Counted from the first letter of the stretch, positions 26,107-39,261 are shown. The stretch: DNA of 64,000 nt from Lama glama (GCA_028534125.1 CM052817.1:101868001-101932000), one strand, 5' to 3'. Program-made: numbers and translations. The notes: a model not told the origin generated them from the sequence alone.

Positions 26107-28350
26107 GTGGGCAAATGAGGCAGCCACTGGTGTGGCATAATTTCAGAAGTGCCATGAACTCTACCCACTTCTTCAACAACAGAACCACTGCTGCGGACTG
26201 AGATATGGGCCCAGAAAACTGCTGAAAGGCATTCCCTACAAGGTCGAGGTAACAAATTAACATACTTTATCAGGTTAACCAACTGTCACCTGCTGAGATA
26301 GAAAGCCAAGCTGTGAGGGAAGGAAACACAGGGCAGAGAGCTTTTGAAGGCACGAGTGTGAGGGTAGGATGGAAAGTTCTAGACCCAGTTCATTGTGGGC
26401 AGGATATGAACTTGGCAATGACACGATGGAAGGTCCTGTAATTGAGGAACAGCACCAGGCACCGTGTCACTGGTGGGGCAAAGAAGACAGAGGAGAGGGA
26501 GTGTGATGGAAAATGAGAGGCACGTCTGAGACGTTAGTTACCCATGACCCAGTATGACTGCGGCCTCACCCTGTAGCCTGACCTCGGTTCACTTATCTCT
26601 GAACGTGTCCCTTCTTCTCACAAGTGCACCTTTGTTTTCTGCCCAGCACACAAACATCACGACCCGTGTCTGAGAATGTTGGGAATTTTATTAGGTCCAT
26701 AAAGTTTTAGCTGTGGTCTAGTTCACTGAGGCCAAAGTAAATAAATAGAGAGAGTGTAAGGGTAACAGCTTTTTTTTTTTTTTTTAAACCTTAAAGAAAG
26801 AAAAACTACTGAAGCACCAAAATAACTTTGTCACAGTGGCTTCAGAAGGGATTTCTTCTTACCAACCAAGGTTTCTGTAGCGTGCATGCTAAGAGACAGC
26901 AGTCAAAAGACAGCCAACAAATTCTTTTCAGATTTCTCTGAGAGTATTCTGTTCTGTGGTGTTAGGTTAAGAGGTTAAAATGATTGACAACCGATTGGCC
27001 ACAGGCCTGGAGCTAACTGGGCGAAAAAAGCAAAATGTCTAGGCTTTTAAGAGTTGAGCTTTGTGGGCAAATATCAATGATAGAATTAATTACTATTTAT
27101 AATGAGATAAACTTCGTAACGGTCTTTTCTCTACTTTTCTAAGGTTCAAAATCTGTATCGTTCAAATCTCTCTAGCTAACATCATTGGTGTGTCATCATA
27201 ATCATATTTATTATGATCACTATTAAATATAACAATGTTTTGAGTGTTTACTATGTGCAAGTCACGGGTCTAAGAACTTGCAAGGCATCAACCACCTTCC
27301 TTCTCACTATGTGAAGTAGTTTCTGGATACTGAAGTATTTTCCAAAGAGCAGAAAACTGAGACATAGATCAGGTACGTAAATCACCTTGGATCACGCAGT
27401 TTGCAAGTTGAGAACATGGGCTGTATAAAGTATATATTTAGCTCTCAGCTTTTAAGTTCATGAAAAAGTTAGAAGGGAATTTCTAGCTACCCTCTTGCTC
27501 AGTGTGCCTTTCACTATTGTCACTGTTGTCCATAACATTTTTGGGTGCTCAGTAGGTGTGTTGGGAATGCGGTTAATCAGTAGGGGAACATTACGGAAAC
27601 ATCAACCTCATGGAAAACCCATCATATTGAGTGGAAATAGCAAGATTCAGAACATAATTAGAATAATCAGAATAGCAAGATTCAGAATATAATTCTCCCC
27701 ATTTGAAACATAAGTATTCATTCATAAAATACCATAGAGCGTTTTTGCAATATATGAATGTTTGTAAAAGACACAGCCTCCCAAGAGTGCATCCTCTTGG
27801 TCCAAGGAGTGGGATAAGGGATCGGGTGGTAGTGAGAGCCTGGAAGCAGAAATGGGGACGGTTTTTGAATCTGAGTGATGTGACTATTATTCTTTGTATT
27901 TCTTAAATTTCTAAAAATCTGATAAAAATGAATATTTATGGAAGACACTTGTTGCTGAGCTGACGAAGCCTTTGTTTTAGCTGGGAGTCAGGATGTGCAG
28001 ATCAAGAGGAGGCTAAGAGGATGGGGTGTAAATCAGGACCGAGGTAGGTACGACTTGTGGGGCTTCAGACAAGAAATGACTCAAGGGCAGGAGACCTGGG
28101 AAAAGCTTCATGGGGGAGGAGAAATGTGAGCTGAGCCTGGGAGGGCTAGCCTAGTAAGTTAGGAGGTGGGGATGCCAGACAGGGAGCTGGCCAGAACCCC
28201 ACAGTGAGGTGGACCACTAAGGGTCACATTCACAAGAACACCGAAGGGCTGAATGAGACAGTGTAAGCAGAACATCTAGTTTGAACTGGTGCATTAAAGA
28301 TCCATTTAATTAAGGCAACACTGTACCACAAAAGAGGCATTACCCAGCCT

Positions 28351-28701
28351 CTATGTCGAGGTCTACTTAGTTCCCATGATTCCCGTGTCTGTGTCTATTT
28401 ATCTCCCATGATTCCTGTGTCAACCTCTGCTTAGTTCCCATGATTCCTGTGTCAATGTCTACTTAGTTCCCCCAATTCCTGGGTCCATTTCTATTTATTT
28501 CCTGTGATTCACATGTCAACATCTACCTACTTCCCATGATTCCCTGTCAATGTCTACTTAGTTCCCATGATTCCTGGGTCTATGTCTATTTATTTCGCAT
28601 GATTCATATGTCAACGTCTACCTAGTTCCCATGAGTCCCCTGTTGATGTCGGTTTAGTACCTATGATTCCTGTGTCCATGTCTGCTTAGTTCCCATGATT
28701 C
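28351..28701. repeat. 32-bp minisatellite, 11 copies, with trimeric (96-bp) higher-order structure
   Basis: Consensus CTGTGTCAATGTCTACTTAGTTCCCATGATTC. Ten 32-nt units and one 31-nt unit, parsed by eye. Confidence 0.93.
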
Positions 28702-31700
28702 CCATGGAGCATCACTGACAGTCCCACTGAAGGGCATTTCCTACCTTTACTGGGAACCTCAGAGGATCAATTAGAGTTCAAGGGGTCATTTTATTTATGA
28801 AGGCAAATTCCCAGTTTAAGACCCACAGCAAAAAGGGCCACCATATCTTTCTAGAATATCATCTCTTTGTTTTACACCCAGAGCTAGCCCAGAAGTGGTA
28901 TGAGGAAGATCACTCCATGGAACTGAAAAAAATCATTTTCATTTTTCCCTGACACATTGAATTCCAGCTGCATGCTCTCAAAACCCACCAGGGTAGTGAA
29001 GATGTACACAGACCCAAAGTACGTGGACTTGTCCCAAGCGCTGGGGGCAGAAGTACGAGTCCCGTGGTGGGTAGAGGTAAAGTCATCCGAGAGTGGAGGG
29101 AAGGAAGATTAGAGCTTTGCTGAGAGGTCTTTGCCAACATGAATTCCTGATGGTTCCTTGGATTTCCAGGCTGGCTGGTGGCTGGTTTCCCAGCTGCAGT
29201 GGCATACTTTTGCTGAGTTAGCTGAGGAGCTTATCAGAACTCAGACTGAAGAACCCTCCCCAGCCTGTACACATGGTACGATCATGTGGGGCGTTCACCA
29301 CAAGCCCCCTGAGAAAGGAAGTAGACTTCTTCATGGCTGTCTTCTGGGTGTCCCGGCTGGAGGAGGAGGAAGTGACATAAAATCCAGCTCTTCCCCTCAC
29401 CCAACCCCAGGCCAGCCACACACACCCTAAGTGTCCCCCAGTCCCAGTGCTCAGTCCTCACAGTCTGGGTATTTCCTTTTTAGGTTGGATGTGGCAGGGG
29501 ATAGACTGGGAAGGAATGACCCCTATGGGACCACCACTGATGTTTCTGGGTGATGTCCATTTGGTGGTTGGCCCATTTCCTCGCAGGGAGGTTAGTGGAG
29601 CTGAAGTGGATCTCAGGACATCCCCCAGACAATGTGCGGCCCATAGGGCGGCAACGCCCCCAGAGCAGGCCTCAGTGCCTCTGTATAAAGTGCTCCCCCA
29701 CCCCTTCACTCCCGTGCTGTGCGGGACGGTCAGCTTTCGCTGTTCCTGCTCCCCCAAGGCTGTCCTATCAGAAGTAGCATCTCGTCTCGCATTGATTTAT
29801 CGAGTGCCAGTCGATGGGTGTGGGGGCGGGGGATTTAATTTTTATTGTCTCAACTGCTTTGTCTCATTCAGAAAAGCAAATTTACCAACACTAATGTGTG
29901 AACACATTTGTTTATGGTCACTTCTCTCAAAGTCCATATATTTCCACACCTAAACGTATCCAGGACGGGAACCTAAATCTATTAATGTCACTTTGACTTC
30001 TCTTTCATCCAAGATGAGATAATCAAATGCAACTCTTTAGAAGACTCCCGCATACATCCTGCCAGTAGCTCATTTCATAGTTTTGTGTGTTCCTTATTGC
30101 GATCGCCCAGCTGAGAGGGCTCCTAAAATAAAAGCTACAGGGTGATCCGATACTCAGTCCAGCAGAATAACTTGGATATGGGCAATGGAAGAGAAGCAGA
30201 GACCCCCCTTCATCCTTTCTCACAGCCCTGGGGCTGCAGGATTTGAGGTGAATTTAAGTTTCAGAGGGAAAGAATCGTGAGTCCTTTGACTCTTACTGGC
30301 ACTATAGCCAAATGTCGAAAACATGTGGATTCTGGAGCCAGACTTGCTGCCTAAAATTTGCTTCCGATACTTACTGATGAGGTAGCCCTCTTCTTTCACT
30401 CCTTCATCTGTAAAATGCATGTTACAGGGGATCCGTAGAAGTACACACACTTGGTGGGCAGGGTGGCTGATGAGAGACCAGCAGCTGTAAAAGGGAGAGG
30501 GAGGAAGGGCACCGGGTGGAGGGGGAATTCAAACAGTGACGCAGACCTGACAAGATGGATGCGAAGCCAGCTGGGAGCCCTGCAGGCAGTTATCCCTGGG
30601 CAGGGGAGGGGTCTGGCCTCCCACCCCACCCGCGCCCCTGACACAGGCTGCCTGCGGGAAGAGCGGGACCGGGTCAGGACTGCTCTGCAGCTGAGACGGA
30701 CCCTGAGGCAGCTGGAGGCTGCCTGCCGACCACGCTCCCCCTCGCTGAAGAGGGATCTTGATGACTCTGTATCTCCATGTCTATCAAAACGCGGGTAATA
30801 CTACTATGCCCCTCATGGGGCTGTGTTGAGGATTAAGTGAGTTATTATATGAAATGGCCTTAGAAGAGTGTTTGCTGCTCTTCTTGTGTGGCGTGTGTGC
30901 GCGTGCTTCTGTGGAGAATCTTGGGGATGCTTTATGTTGGAAGGGACGAATGTGGGTGCCTCCGCATCTCTCTGTCATTGCAGGTCCCCCTTGCTTAAGG
31001 TCCGTGGGTTATTTTATGCGTTACTTTATTAGGTAATTCGATGGTCTTGATCTCGTCTTCTGGACATTGTGGGTGTCACAAAACCTTCGAATTGCCCTGG
31101 GCATCCATGATTTAAAACTTGGCCTGTTTCTCCTATCAGATGATAAAACATAAATGATTTGGAGCAAGAAGAACAAACAGAGGATGTGACTCAGGGTGAT
31201 TCCCGAGGAAAGGCTGAGCAAATGTTGAAGGGAGCACACAAACCACTGTGTGGAGAGCCCAAGATCCAGACTCTGGGCGGGCAGGGGCCTCTGGAGGGTG
31301 TCCTCGGTCTAGCAGTGTAGGGTTTGGGGAGACCAGAAGGCCCAGCCTAACTCTCTAGACTGCCTGGCTTCTAAAATTCCAGACGCCGGTTCCAGTCCCA
31401 TCCGGGCTGGTGTCAAGTGCTATAAGCCTTGGAAGCAAAAACTTTTTGCTCTTTCATAGAGCCTTGGGTTAATTTTCGGATTGAATTGGGTACCAGATAG
31501 GTCACTCGAAGAACGGAGGAGAAAATGTTTGCCTCCTGAGAAGGAGTGATTGGGGTGAGGAAATATTCATTGGAAGAATGAACCGAGGACCCAAAGCTCT
31601 CACTTCTGAGGAGCTCACAGTTTTTAAAGAGAAGAGGTAACACAGACTCTGGGAAAAATACATGGAAATGTATACATAAAAGTCTGAACTTACTGTGAAA

Positions 31701-33811
31701 GCCAGGGGTTCTGCCTCATTGCTGGGCGAGTTACAGAAGGTATTATGGGGAGAGGGGTCTGGGAAGAAAGGAGTGAAGGAAACATTCTGAAGACTGAAGG
31801 AGGGGAGGGGATCAAGGCTGTTCTAAGAGAGGGCTCCCTTGAGAATACGGGTCTGAGTGTACCTTGCACACAGACATGGTCTCTTTAGCTCTGGTATTCC
31901 CGGGACCTTGCATTGAAGCTGGCGGACAGCAGGTCTCAAAAGCTGTTGGTTGAACTGAGGGTAATTAACCAGGCTGCTGTGTCGAGGGTGGGTCAGAGTG
32001 GATGGGAGCAGAGGCAGAGAGTGAAGGTATGGCCGGGACCAAGGGACAGGATGTCATCCTAGTAGGCACCGGGGGTGGACAAAGCAAGTCTGAGATGTGT
32101 GGTAGGTCTGTGTTTCCCAGGCAGGGTCTACAGGCACATTCCCAGGGTCAGCGAGTCCTTTCTTAAGAATGTGAAAACGCTTCCTTTCTTTTCTGATCAA
32201 CTGGATGACCACACGACAAGTGAACGCTGCTGTGGGATTTAGGTGTTGTGTTGTCTTTGTATCCGTGGTTGACTGTGGGCACCGTGTAATTACCAAAATG
32301 ATAGTGTTTCACTTATAGATATGCTGCTAAGTATGTCTGGCTGCTATTAGGCTGGCCGCTTCTAATGTCAAAATCACAATAACCCTTCCTCACCTGTCGC
32401 TGTAGTAGAGGGTTGTTCATCCAGGACCCCAAACATCGGATGTGCCCAAAGAACAAAATCATCCTAAATGATTTTTAAATAATTGTAACAACTACAACAA
32501 AAATCTTCATGGTGATAAAGAATGATTAGCTCTGGGGTATTTGCTTTAGTGAGTAGACTGGAAATTTAGAGGTGGCTGGGGCAGCAAGGGTGTGCAAATG
32601 ACCATAAATGGTCTCTGTGGAATCACAAGAGTCTCTCTCTCTCTCTCTCTCTCTGTCTCCCCTGCCAGTAAGATGGAGTTATGGTAATTCTGGATTTTCA
32701 TGGTTTACCAGGTAACCCCTAAATCAAAGTATTAAATTTAAAGCATTAAATTGAAATTTGACAAATATATTTTAGGAATTCCATTTCTTAACCTAAACCC
32801 TGCAAAGAAAAAACAAGAGGATGCACTTTCATAAAATACTGGGGTGGGGTGAGTGTTTTTCCATGCTAGTGAACTTCTGGAGTTAAGACTCTTGAAATAT
32901 TGGAAGTCCTGATGAAGTCATTAAAAAAAAAAAGATCCAGACAGTGGATATTAACTTATTATAATCAGATCCAAAGACAAAAATTACTTGTTGGCAGTGA
33001 AATTTGCACTTTAAAGGAACTTTCGTAGAGCAAAATTTGGGTTTCTTAAACTATATACTATGGTGGCATGTTGATTTGGTACGCAAGGAAATGGACCAGT
33101 GTGGCAGAGTAATGTACCGTTTAATGGCTGAGGGATAATAAGAAGAGAAAAAAAATGGGTTTAATATGTGAACGAGGCAGCTGTGCCAGTGATGTCCCAG
33201 CTCACCCTGCAGAGATGTCCGCAGCTGCCAAAGTAGAGAAAAGAGCTTGCTGGATTAGGTCGATAGATGGGAAACTAGCACAGAGATGCTGGACTCACAT
33301 GATGCTGCCCAGTAGCAGGTGGTCCCAGATTGTCACATGGCAAATTGAGCCGTGGCATGGTCACGACTAGTTGCTGATATACTGTAACGTAATCCTGGAG
33401 GGCAGGCATTTTTGGTTGTGTTTCCAGCACCTCTGACAGTGCCCGGCACACCATAGACACTCACTAAAAACCTTTTGGAATGATTACATTTGAATTGCAT
33501 TGGTCTTCCACTTTTGTTGTCTTTAATTTATAGATTTTGTTTCCTTGCGGAATCCAAAACTTTATGCTTAAGAACTTTGAACCGAGTTCTATGTTGCATG
33601 TATTTCAATAAGATTAAAAATACTATTATTATATTTATATTTATAGATGTCTCTACCTTGCTGCAGTTTGTCCGACACTGTAACGTTGTGCATGTGTCCC
33701 AGGAGAAGGGAAGCAGAAATTGGAACAAAGGAAAGAGAGAAGAAGATAGATTAAAGATGAAGCCAAGAGTGTGAACCTTGGGGACTTCCAGGAGGGTGAC
33801 ACCATCACTGC

Positions 33812-34274
33812 TGTGGTGGGTGAGCGTGGCCCCAAACACACGTGCACCCTGAATCTGCGAACATGACCTTTGGAATAAGGGTCTTTGCCACTGTAATTAA
33901 GGGAAGGATCTCAAGATGAGATCATCCTGGGTCAGGCTGGGCTCTTATAAGCGCACCTGTCAGTCCAGTGATAGGTGTCCTTATAAGAGTCAGAAAAGCA
34001 GAAGACACACAGACACAGATATGGGGAGGTGATGAGAAGAAGGAGGCTGAGACTGGAGCGATGCATTAACAAGCTGAGAAACGCCAAGAATCGCCACCAG
34101 AAGCCGGGAGAGAGGCATGGAAAGATTCTTCCTCAGCGCCCCAGAAGGAACAGACCCTGCTGACACTTGAATTGCAGATTCCTGGCTTCCAGAGCTGTGA
34201 GGGAATAAATATCTGTTGTTTTAAGCCACCAAGTTCGTGGTCATTTGTCACAGCAGCCCTAGGAAGCCAGCACA
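33812..34274 (+). mobile_element. MLT1C-type solo LTR
   Basis: TGTGGTGGG...AAGGATCTCAAGATGAGATCATCCTGG...GGAATAAATATCTGTTGTTTTAAGCCACCAAGTT...GCACA. Confidence 0.85.
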
Positions 34275-35719
34275 ACAGTGGGGCATCAAGATAAATCAAA
34301 CATGCCTTCAGAACTGATGAAACTTTAAAAAATCTTTTAAATATGGTGTTTTCTTATAGGTTCTTTTTAAAAATAGTCCTTTGAATAGTGTCTTTGAAAT
34401 AGATTTACACTTGAGAAAGTATCAGAAGGTCAACACAGAGACTTTCAAAAACCACCTTCCCCTGACAGTATGAAGCTTACAAGGCAGATTTCTCACACGA
34501 AGGCTTGCTGTCCCTGACCAGTACCTGGGGCACTGCCACGCACCTTGTCCTCTCTCAGCAGACACCCCCTTACTAGTGTGTACACTCAGGTCAGGGGCCG
34601 GCTATCAGTGGCCCTCTCCCAGTGAAGAGAGAAAGAGCGAAAACAAGAGGTCTGGCCGGCCGGGGACCTTATTCCAAGTGACCGCTGCTCAGATGGAAAA
34701 CCAGCACCAACACAGCATCACGTACCCTTCACAGACTAACACTATAAACTGTCTCATTTCCCCGCATGGTCCTGTGCTATTAATGTCCTTCTCCAGGTAA
34801 GCAGGGCTTTGCCATGTGGCTGTTTAGAAGTTAAGAGGAGTTCTTTTTCTTCATCGGTAATTAAAAAAACCCAATTTAAAACTATTTCCAAATATGCACT
34901 GAATACAAAAAAAAATATCAAATAATCATTGACTAAGAGCCACAACCTTGAGGTTTTATTTCCTGGCAGGAAGGGCTATAAATTAGATCAGCGTGGGCCA
35001 CGCCGCGTTCTCCTGAGAAACCTGTGCGTTCTTTTCCTGTCACGATGGCTGGAAAAGGCACTTTATATTCTACATCGCACGTAGAGCCTTGGGTTCAGAA
35101 ACGCTGGTGTTTTCATCTGCTTAAATCAGGCTGAACGCTGAAGGGTGGGGAGGGGGGTTTTATTTTTCATTTCAACCATTCTCAAGAATTAGCTTTCCAG
35201 AAGAACTTTTGTTCTTATAATAAACCTAACTAGACCTACTTAGTCACTCAGAAAAAAAAAAAAAAAGAGAGAGAGGACTCAAAAGAGCCAAGAATCTGTC
35301 AGCTCCACAGCAGTGGTTGACCAGGCTCTGGCTTGAACACTTGCAGGATGTTGGCGAGGTCAGAGGACTTGCAGAGCAGAGGCGAGTCTTATAAGGAAAC
35401 GGCCTTCAGGCCAAGAGAGCTGCTCTGACTCGTGCTCCAGCGTGCTGGGCCGTCGGGGAAGAACCATATTCGGTCTGAACTTAATTCATCAGTTAGGATA
35501 TTTTACAAACAAAAACTGCCCTCCTCTGAACACAGGGGAGATGGGGATGGCCTCGTGAGGAGAATGTCCTGAGTGGAGGAGTAGTTTGATTCATGTGACT
35601 TGCAAGTTCCTGAAAGTTAACTTTAAAAAGCATCCCCTAACACTTCATTAGTCCCATTTGCCAACTCAGGTACCTAGTACCTATGTCCTGGAATGATTAA
35701 ATATTCCTTTATTTCTAGA

Positions 35720-36737
35720 CTCAGTTAAGATTTGGTTTGGCTATAAGTAACAGAGGTCCAAAACATCAGTAGTTTAAACAAGATAAGAATTTATTTCTCT
35801 CTAGCTGAAGTTGGGAAGTAGATAGTGCAGATGGCTGTTCTGCCCATGAATCCTCAGGGACCCTGGCAAATTTTGTTTTGTTCTTCTGTCCTGCCTTCTT
35901 TTCATCCCAAGTTACCTCATGTTCCATTATGGCTGCTCTAACTCCAACCATTGTATCTCCATTCCAGCTAACAAAAATGGAGGAGGAATAAAGAAAAAAA
36001 TGGGCAAAGGGCCTGCCCTACTGCCTTTTCACAAAACATAAAAGTACTTTTGTCTTACACTCTTTGGCCAGAACTTAGGCACATGACCACTCATATTTAA
36101 AAAGATAAACTGGAGTGTGTCCAACTTACAACTGGGGACTTTGTTACTATGGAATATGGCTAATGGATATGGGGGTGAACTGTAGTCACAGCTTTGTGTT
36201 AACAGTGATTTCAGTTCCTGCCCGCCTGTATAGGTAGATGTCTTCCATCCCATACCAGTTGCTTGTTTTCTGAACATAATCGCTGCCTGCAAAGCCTAAG
36301 AATCTCTTGACTCCCACTATGACTGGCCATCCCAGTGGGCAGGGAGGCAGAATGCTGTGAACCACAGCTCCCCACCCTCAGAGCCACATGTAGCAGGATG
36401 GGAGGCCTTCCCCAAGTGAAAGAGGGGGACACAGGATCTTGGGCAGACCAAGCCAACAGATGCCAACTAGATTCTAGCAACTTGTTGAGGGGGAAAATGT
36501 TTTCAAGACGATCCCGGACGTGCATGAATAAAAGTGAAAAAACCGGTGACAATGAAATCATTTTGCAACCCAGATTCCAGCCATTGTAGTCAAGAATCCC
36601 TCTCGTAACACGACTGGCCCAGGGTGAGGCCCAACAGAGACCTTTGAGTGAGTGTATCTGTGCACACTGGGTGCTTGTACTGGGAGTGCTGACCTGGAAT
36701 CAGGTGAGCCAATGCCGCCCATGGTCACACCCCTTAA

Positions 36738-36778
<41 letters not shown>

Positions 36779-37014
36779 GAAAGCTTATCTTCAGTAAAAG
36801 AAAGAAAGCGAATATGGCCAATAGACAGAGGAAGTCAGAGCCAAGAAGTAGAGAGAGCAAGAGAGTGAGTTTTGATGACATATCTTGAGTCCCTTGGGGT
36901 CCTTGAGGCCAACTTTACCCCCAGAATCTCATTTTGTAACTCCAGTAAGTCTTTCTTTTGCTTAAGTCTGAGTTGGGTTTGGGTCATCATAGCTGAGAGG
37001 TGCAGGACGAACAC
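35720..37014. mobile_element. Two adjacent old MLT1-type LTR remnants (about 35720-36190 minus, about 36195-37014 plus)
   Basis: Motifs TTGGCCAGAACTTAGGCACATGACCAC and TTTTGCTTAAGTCTGAGTTGGGTTT. Boundaries approximate. Confidence 0.55.
36738..36774. repeat. (CA)n microsatellite
   Basis: Read directly from the sequence. Confidence 0.95.
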
Positions 37015-37162
37015 ATGCTTCTCCTTCCAAATCCTTGAGAAGCAGTGCTCATAGGCCTGGCTGTGATTTTCGGTTAAGTTAAAGGATTTTGGTTTTAAAA
37101 CTGATTTTTAAAAAAGTAAAAAATTAAATCATTTGCATATGTACTAAGTAAACTTAGCATTT

Positions 37163-37216
37163 ACTTACTTTTAATTTATTTATTTATTGGTGGGGAAAGT
37201 AATTAGGTTTGTTTGT
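37163..37216 (-). mobile_element. Vic-1-type SINE, displaced 3' tail
   Basis: The minus strand reads ACAAACAAACCTAATTACTTTCCCCACCAATAAATAAATAAA, continuing the recalled Vic-1 tail (AAACCTAATTACCTCCCCC). The SINE TSD TAAAC(T/G)TAGCATTT lies at 37149-37162 and 39705-39718. Confidence 0.85.
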
Positions 37217-38076
37217 CTGTCTATTTATTTATTTATTATTTATTCATTTCTTCAGCTGTGGTTTATCGACATACAAATAGGCTGTACTCTACAGCAACAG
37301 GCCTGGAGACGGCTGCAGTAGTTGGGGAGAAGGAAGGGAGAGGATGAAGCGTTTGCAGCGACAGCCGAGTGGAGTGAAGGGAACAGACGTGCCCAATGAA
37401 CAAGGTGGGAGTGAGGGAGGCTGAGGGGGTTGGAGAAGCAAGTAAGGGCCAGGGCTGGAGCCAGAGTCTGCAGAAACTGGAACCGCTGGCCCCCTCCCTG
37501 ACTCTGCTGGCTCTCTCCTGATCCCAGGCCAGGGCTGGGAGTTCTCTGGGTATCATTTTCTGCAGGAACTGAGTCGAGTACACAAAGGAAAAGAAGAAGG
37601 AGAACTGTCACCCTCTGTGTGAAGCTCTGGGGCCTCCAGTCCTGCCTGCAGCCCTCCTTCGTCCCTTGCTTGGACGGGGCCACATGATGGGGGACCCAGC
37701 TCTGAACTACTGCACCGAAACAGGGCCTTCCAAACAGCCATGTTTCACAGAGGCATTGTCTTCCCTGACATCCCAGCCCACCAGTGCCACGTTACAGCCC
37801 CAAGGGAGCACTACCAGCGTTGCTGGCCTAATGGATGGGTTGGGGAAGGCGGGTGGGACAGGGGCTGGAGGAGGGGCTCCGGGCCCATCATGGCCCAGGA
37901 AGGACCTGCTGGTGTTGGTGAAGGCAGAGCCAGGGCGCCACCCAATCAGCGCAATGACTACATCTCCCGTTTTGAAGAAGCCTCAGGCCTTGCCAACGTT
38001 CATGGCCAAGTTCATCCAGAGGTCCATGCCCGCTGCCCAGGCCTCCTGCACTGGGTCCTTATACACCATAGGGAAG
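37217..38076 (-). pseudogene. PKM: PKM processed pseudogene, 3' part (C-terminal codons, 3'UTR, decayed poly(A))
   Basis: The minus strand reads FPMVYKDPVQEAWAAGMDLWMNLAMNVGKA*GFFKTGDVVIALIGWRPGSAFTNT, matching the recalled PKM C-terminus FPVLCKDPVQEAWAEDVDLRVNFAMNVGKARGFFKKGDVVIVLTGWRPGSGFTNT. There is a premature TGA at 37983-37985 and a 1-nt deletion just before the native TGA (37888-37890). About 640 nt of PKM-like 3'UTR follow, ending ...TGTATGTCGATAAACCACAGCTGAAG (poly(A) signal reads GATAAA, 37262-37267), then a (TAAA)n-degenerated tail at 37217-37249. No introns. Confidence 0.96.
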
Positions 38077-39261
38077 CTCCTGTGCCCCCCAAGCAGTGCT
38101 GCTCTGAGCAGGACGTGCGCTTCCGGGCGGTGCTCCTGGACCAGATCGCCAACACCACAGTCGGCGGCAACCTCGGCCTGCAGCTGAGCCAGAAGGCGCT
38201 CACCACTTTCCTAGACGTGGTGCTTGTCCGGGGTGCCCACACCCTCAGTGCAATCGGATAGTGACATCACAGTCCTGAGACACCTGGAGAAGTTGGGTTG
38301 CCGCTTAGTCAACCGCCCACAGGGCATTTTAAACTGCATCAACAAATTCTGGATGTCCCAGGAGCTGGCTGGACATGGGGGTCCCCATGCCAGACACCTT
38401 CTCCTATGGTGGGCATGAAGACTTTTCCAAAATGATCGATGAAGCCAAGCCACTGGGCTAGCCGGTGGTGATGAAGAGCACGCGCCGACATCAGGGAAAA
38501 GCTGTTTTTCTCGCAAGAGCTAAACACCACCTCTCAGACATCTGCCATCTGACCCACCTTGACGTGTCCTACCTGTTCCTGAAGGAGTCCCGTGGAAAGG
38601 GTATCCGGGTGGTGGCTGTTGGGGGCCAGGTGATGGGCTCCATGCTTTGCTGCTGCACAGACAGATGGACGCAGAACAACTGCTCTCTTGGTGGCCTGAG
38701 CGTCATGTGCCCACTGACGGAACAAGGCAAGCAGCTGGCTATCCAGGTGTCCAACATCACGGACACGGACTTCCGTGGCATCGATCTCCTCATCATGGAC
38801 GATGGCTCCTTTGCGGTGTGTGAGGCAAACACCAACGTCAGTTTCCTAGCCTTCGACCAGGCGTGCAACTTAGACATGAGTGGGATCATTGCAGACTATA
38901 CCGTGTCCTTGCTGCCCACCAGGCAGACTGGGAGGATGGCCGTCCTCCCAGGACTGTCTAGTCCCAGGGAGAAGGAGCCAGATGGCTGTGCTTCAGCTCA
39001 GGGAGTAGCAGAGAGCGTCTACACCATCAACAGTGGGTCCACCTCTAGCTAGACGGAGCCTGAACCGAGAGAGCTGCGGGATTCCTCAGTGAGCACAGCG
39101 GGGCCCCGGCTACAACATTCACAACAGGATTGCTTCCGAGTTAACACTAAGGTAAATTCCTGCTCTTTGGCAGTGTTGAAACCAAATCCTACTGCTTCCC
39201 TAGTAGTTCTGGGCGCATAAAATCTGGACGAATGTGATTTCGTTTGCAAAAAAAAAAAGAA
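38075..39261 (+). pseudogene. RIMKLA: RIMKLA (NAAG synthetase A, RimK-like ATP-grasp ligase) processed pseudogene
   Basis: Three frames join into [86 protein letters not shown].../[45 protein letters not shown]...[22 protein letters not shown]...[16 protein letters not shown], matching recalled RIMKLA. Intronless and missing the first ~20 codons. Lesions: +1 frameshifts in G runs at 38230-38233 and 38377-38381, stops at 38459-38461 and 39050-39052, small deletions near 38580 and 39105. Native stop TAA at 39153-39155, ~92-nt 3'UTR, poly(A) at 39248-39261. Confidence 0.96.

Noticed and set aside
28351..28701. CRISPR-like array
   Set aside because: The units are contiguous tandem copies with no unique spacers, there are no cas genes, and the context is mammalian.
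38465..39052. 195-aa RIMKLA-like ORF as a functional CDS
   Set aside because: It is bounded by premature stops (38459-38461, 39050-39052), preceded by two frameshifts, has an in-frame deletion in the ATP-grasp region (QKYV lost) and has no ATG at the called start.
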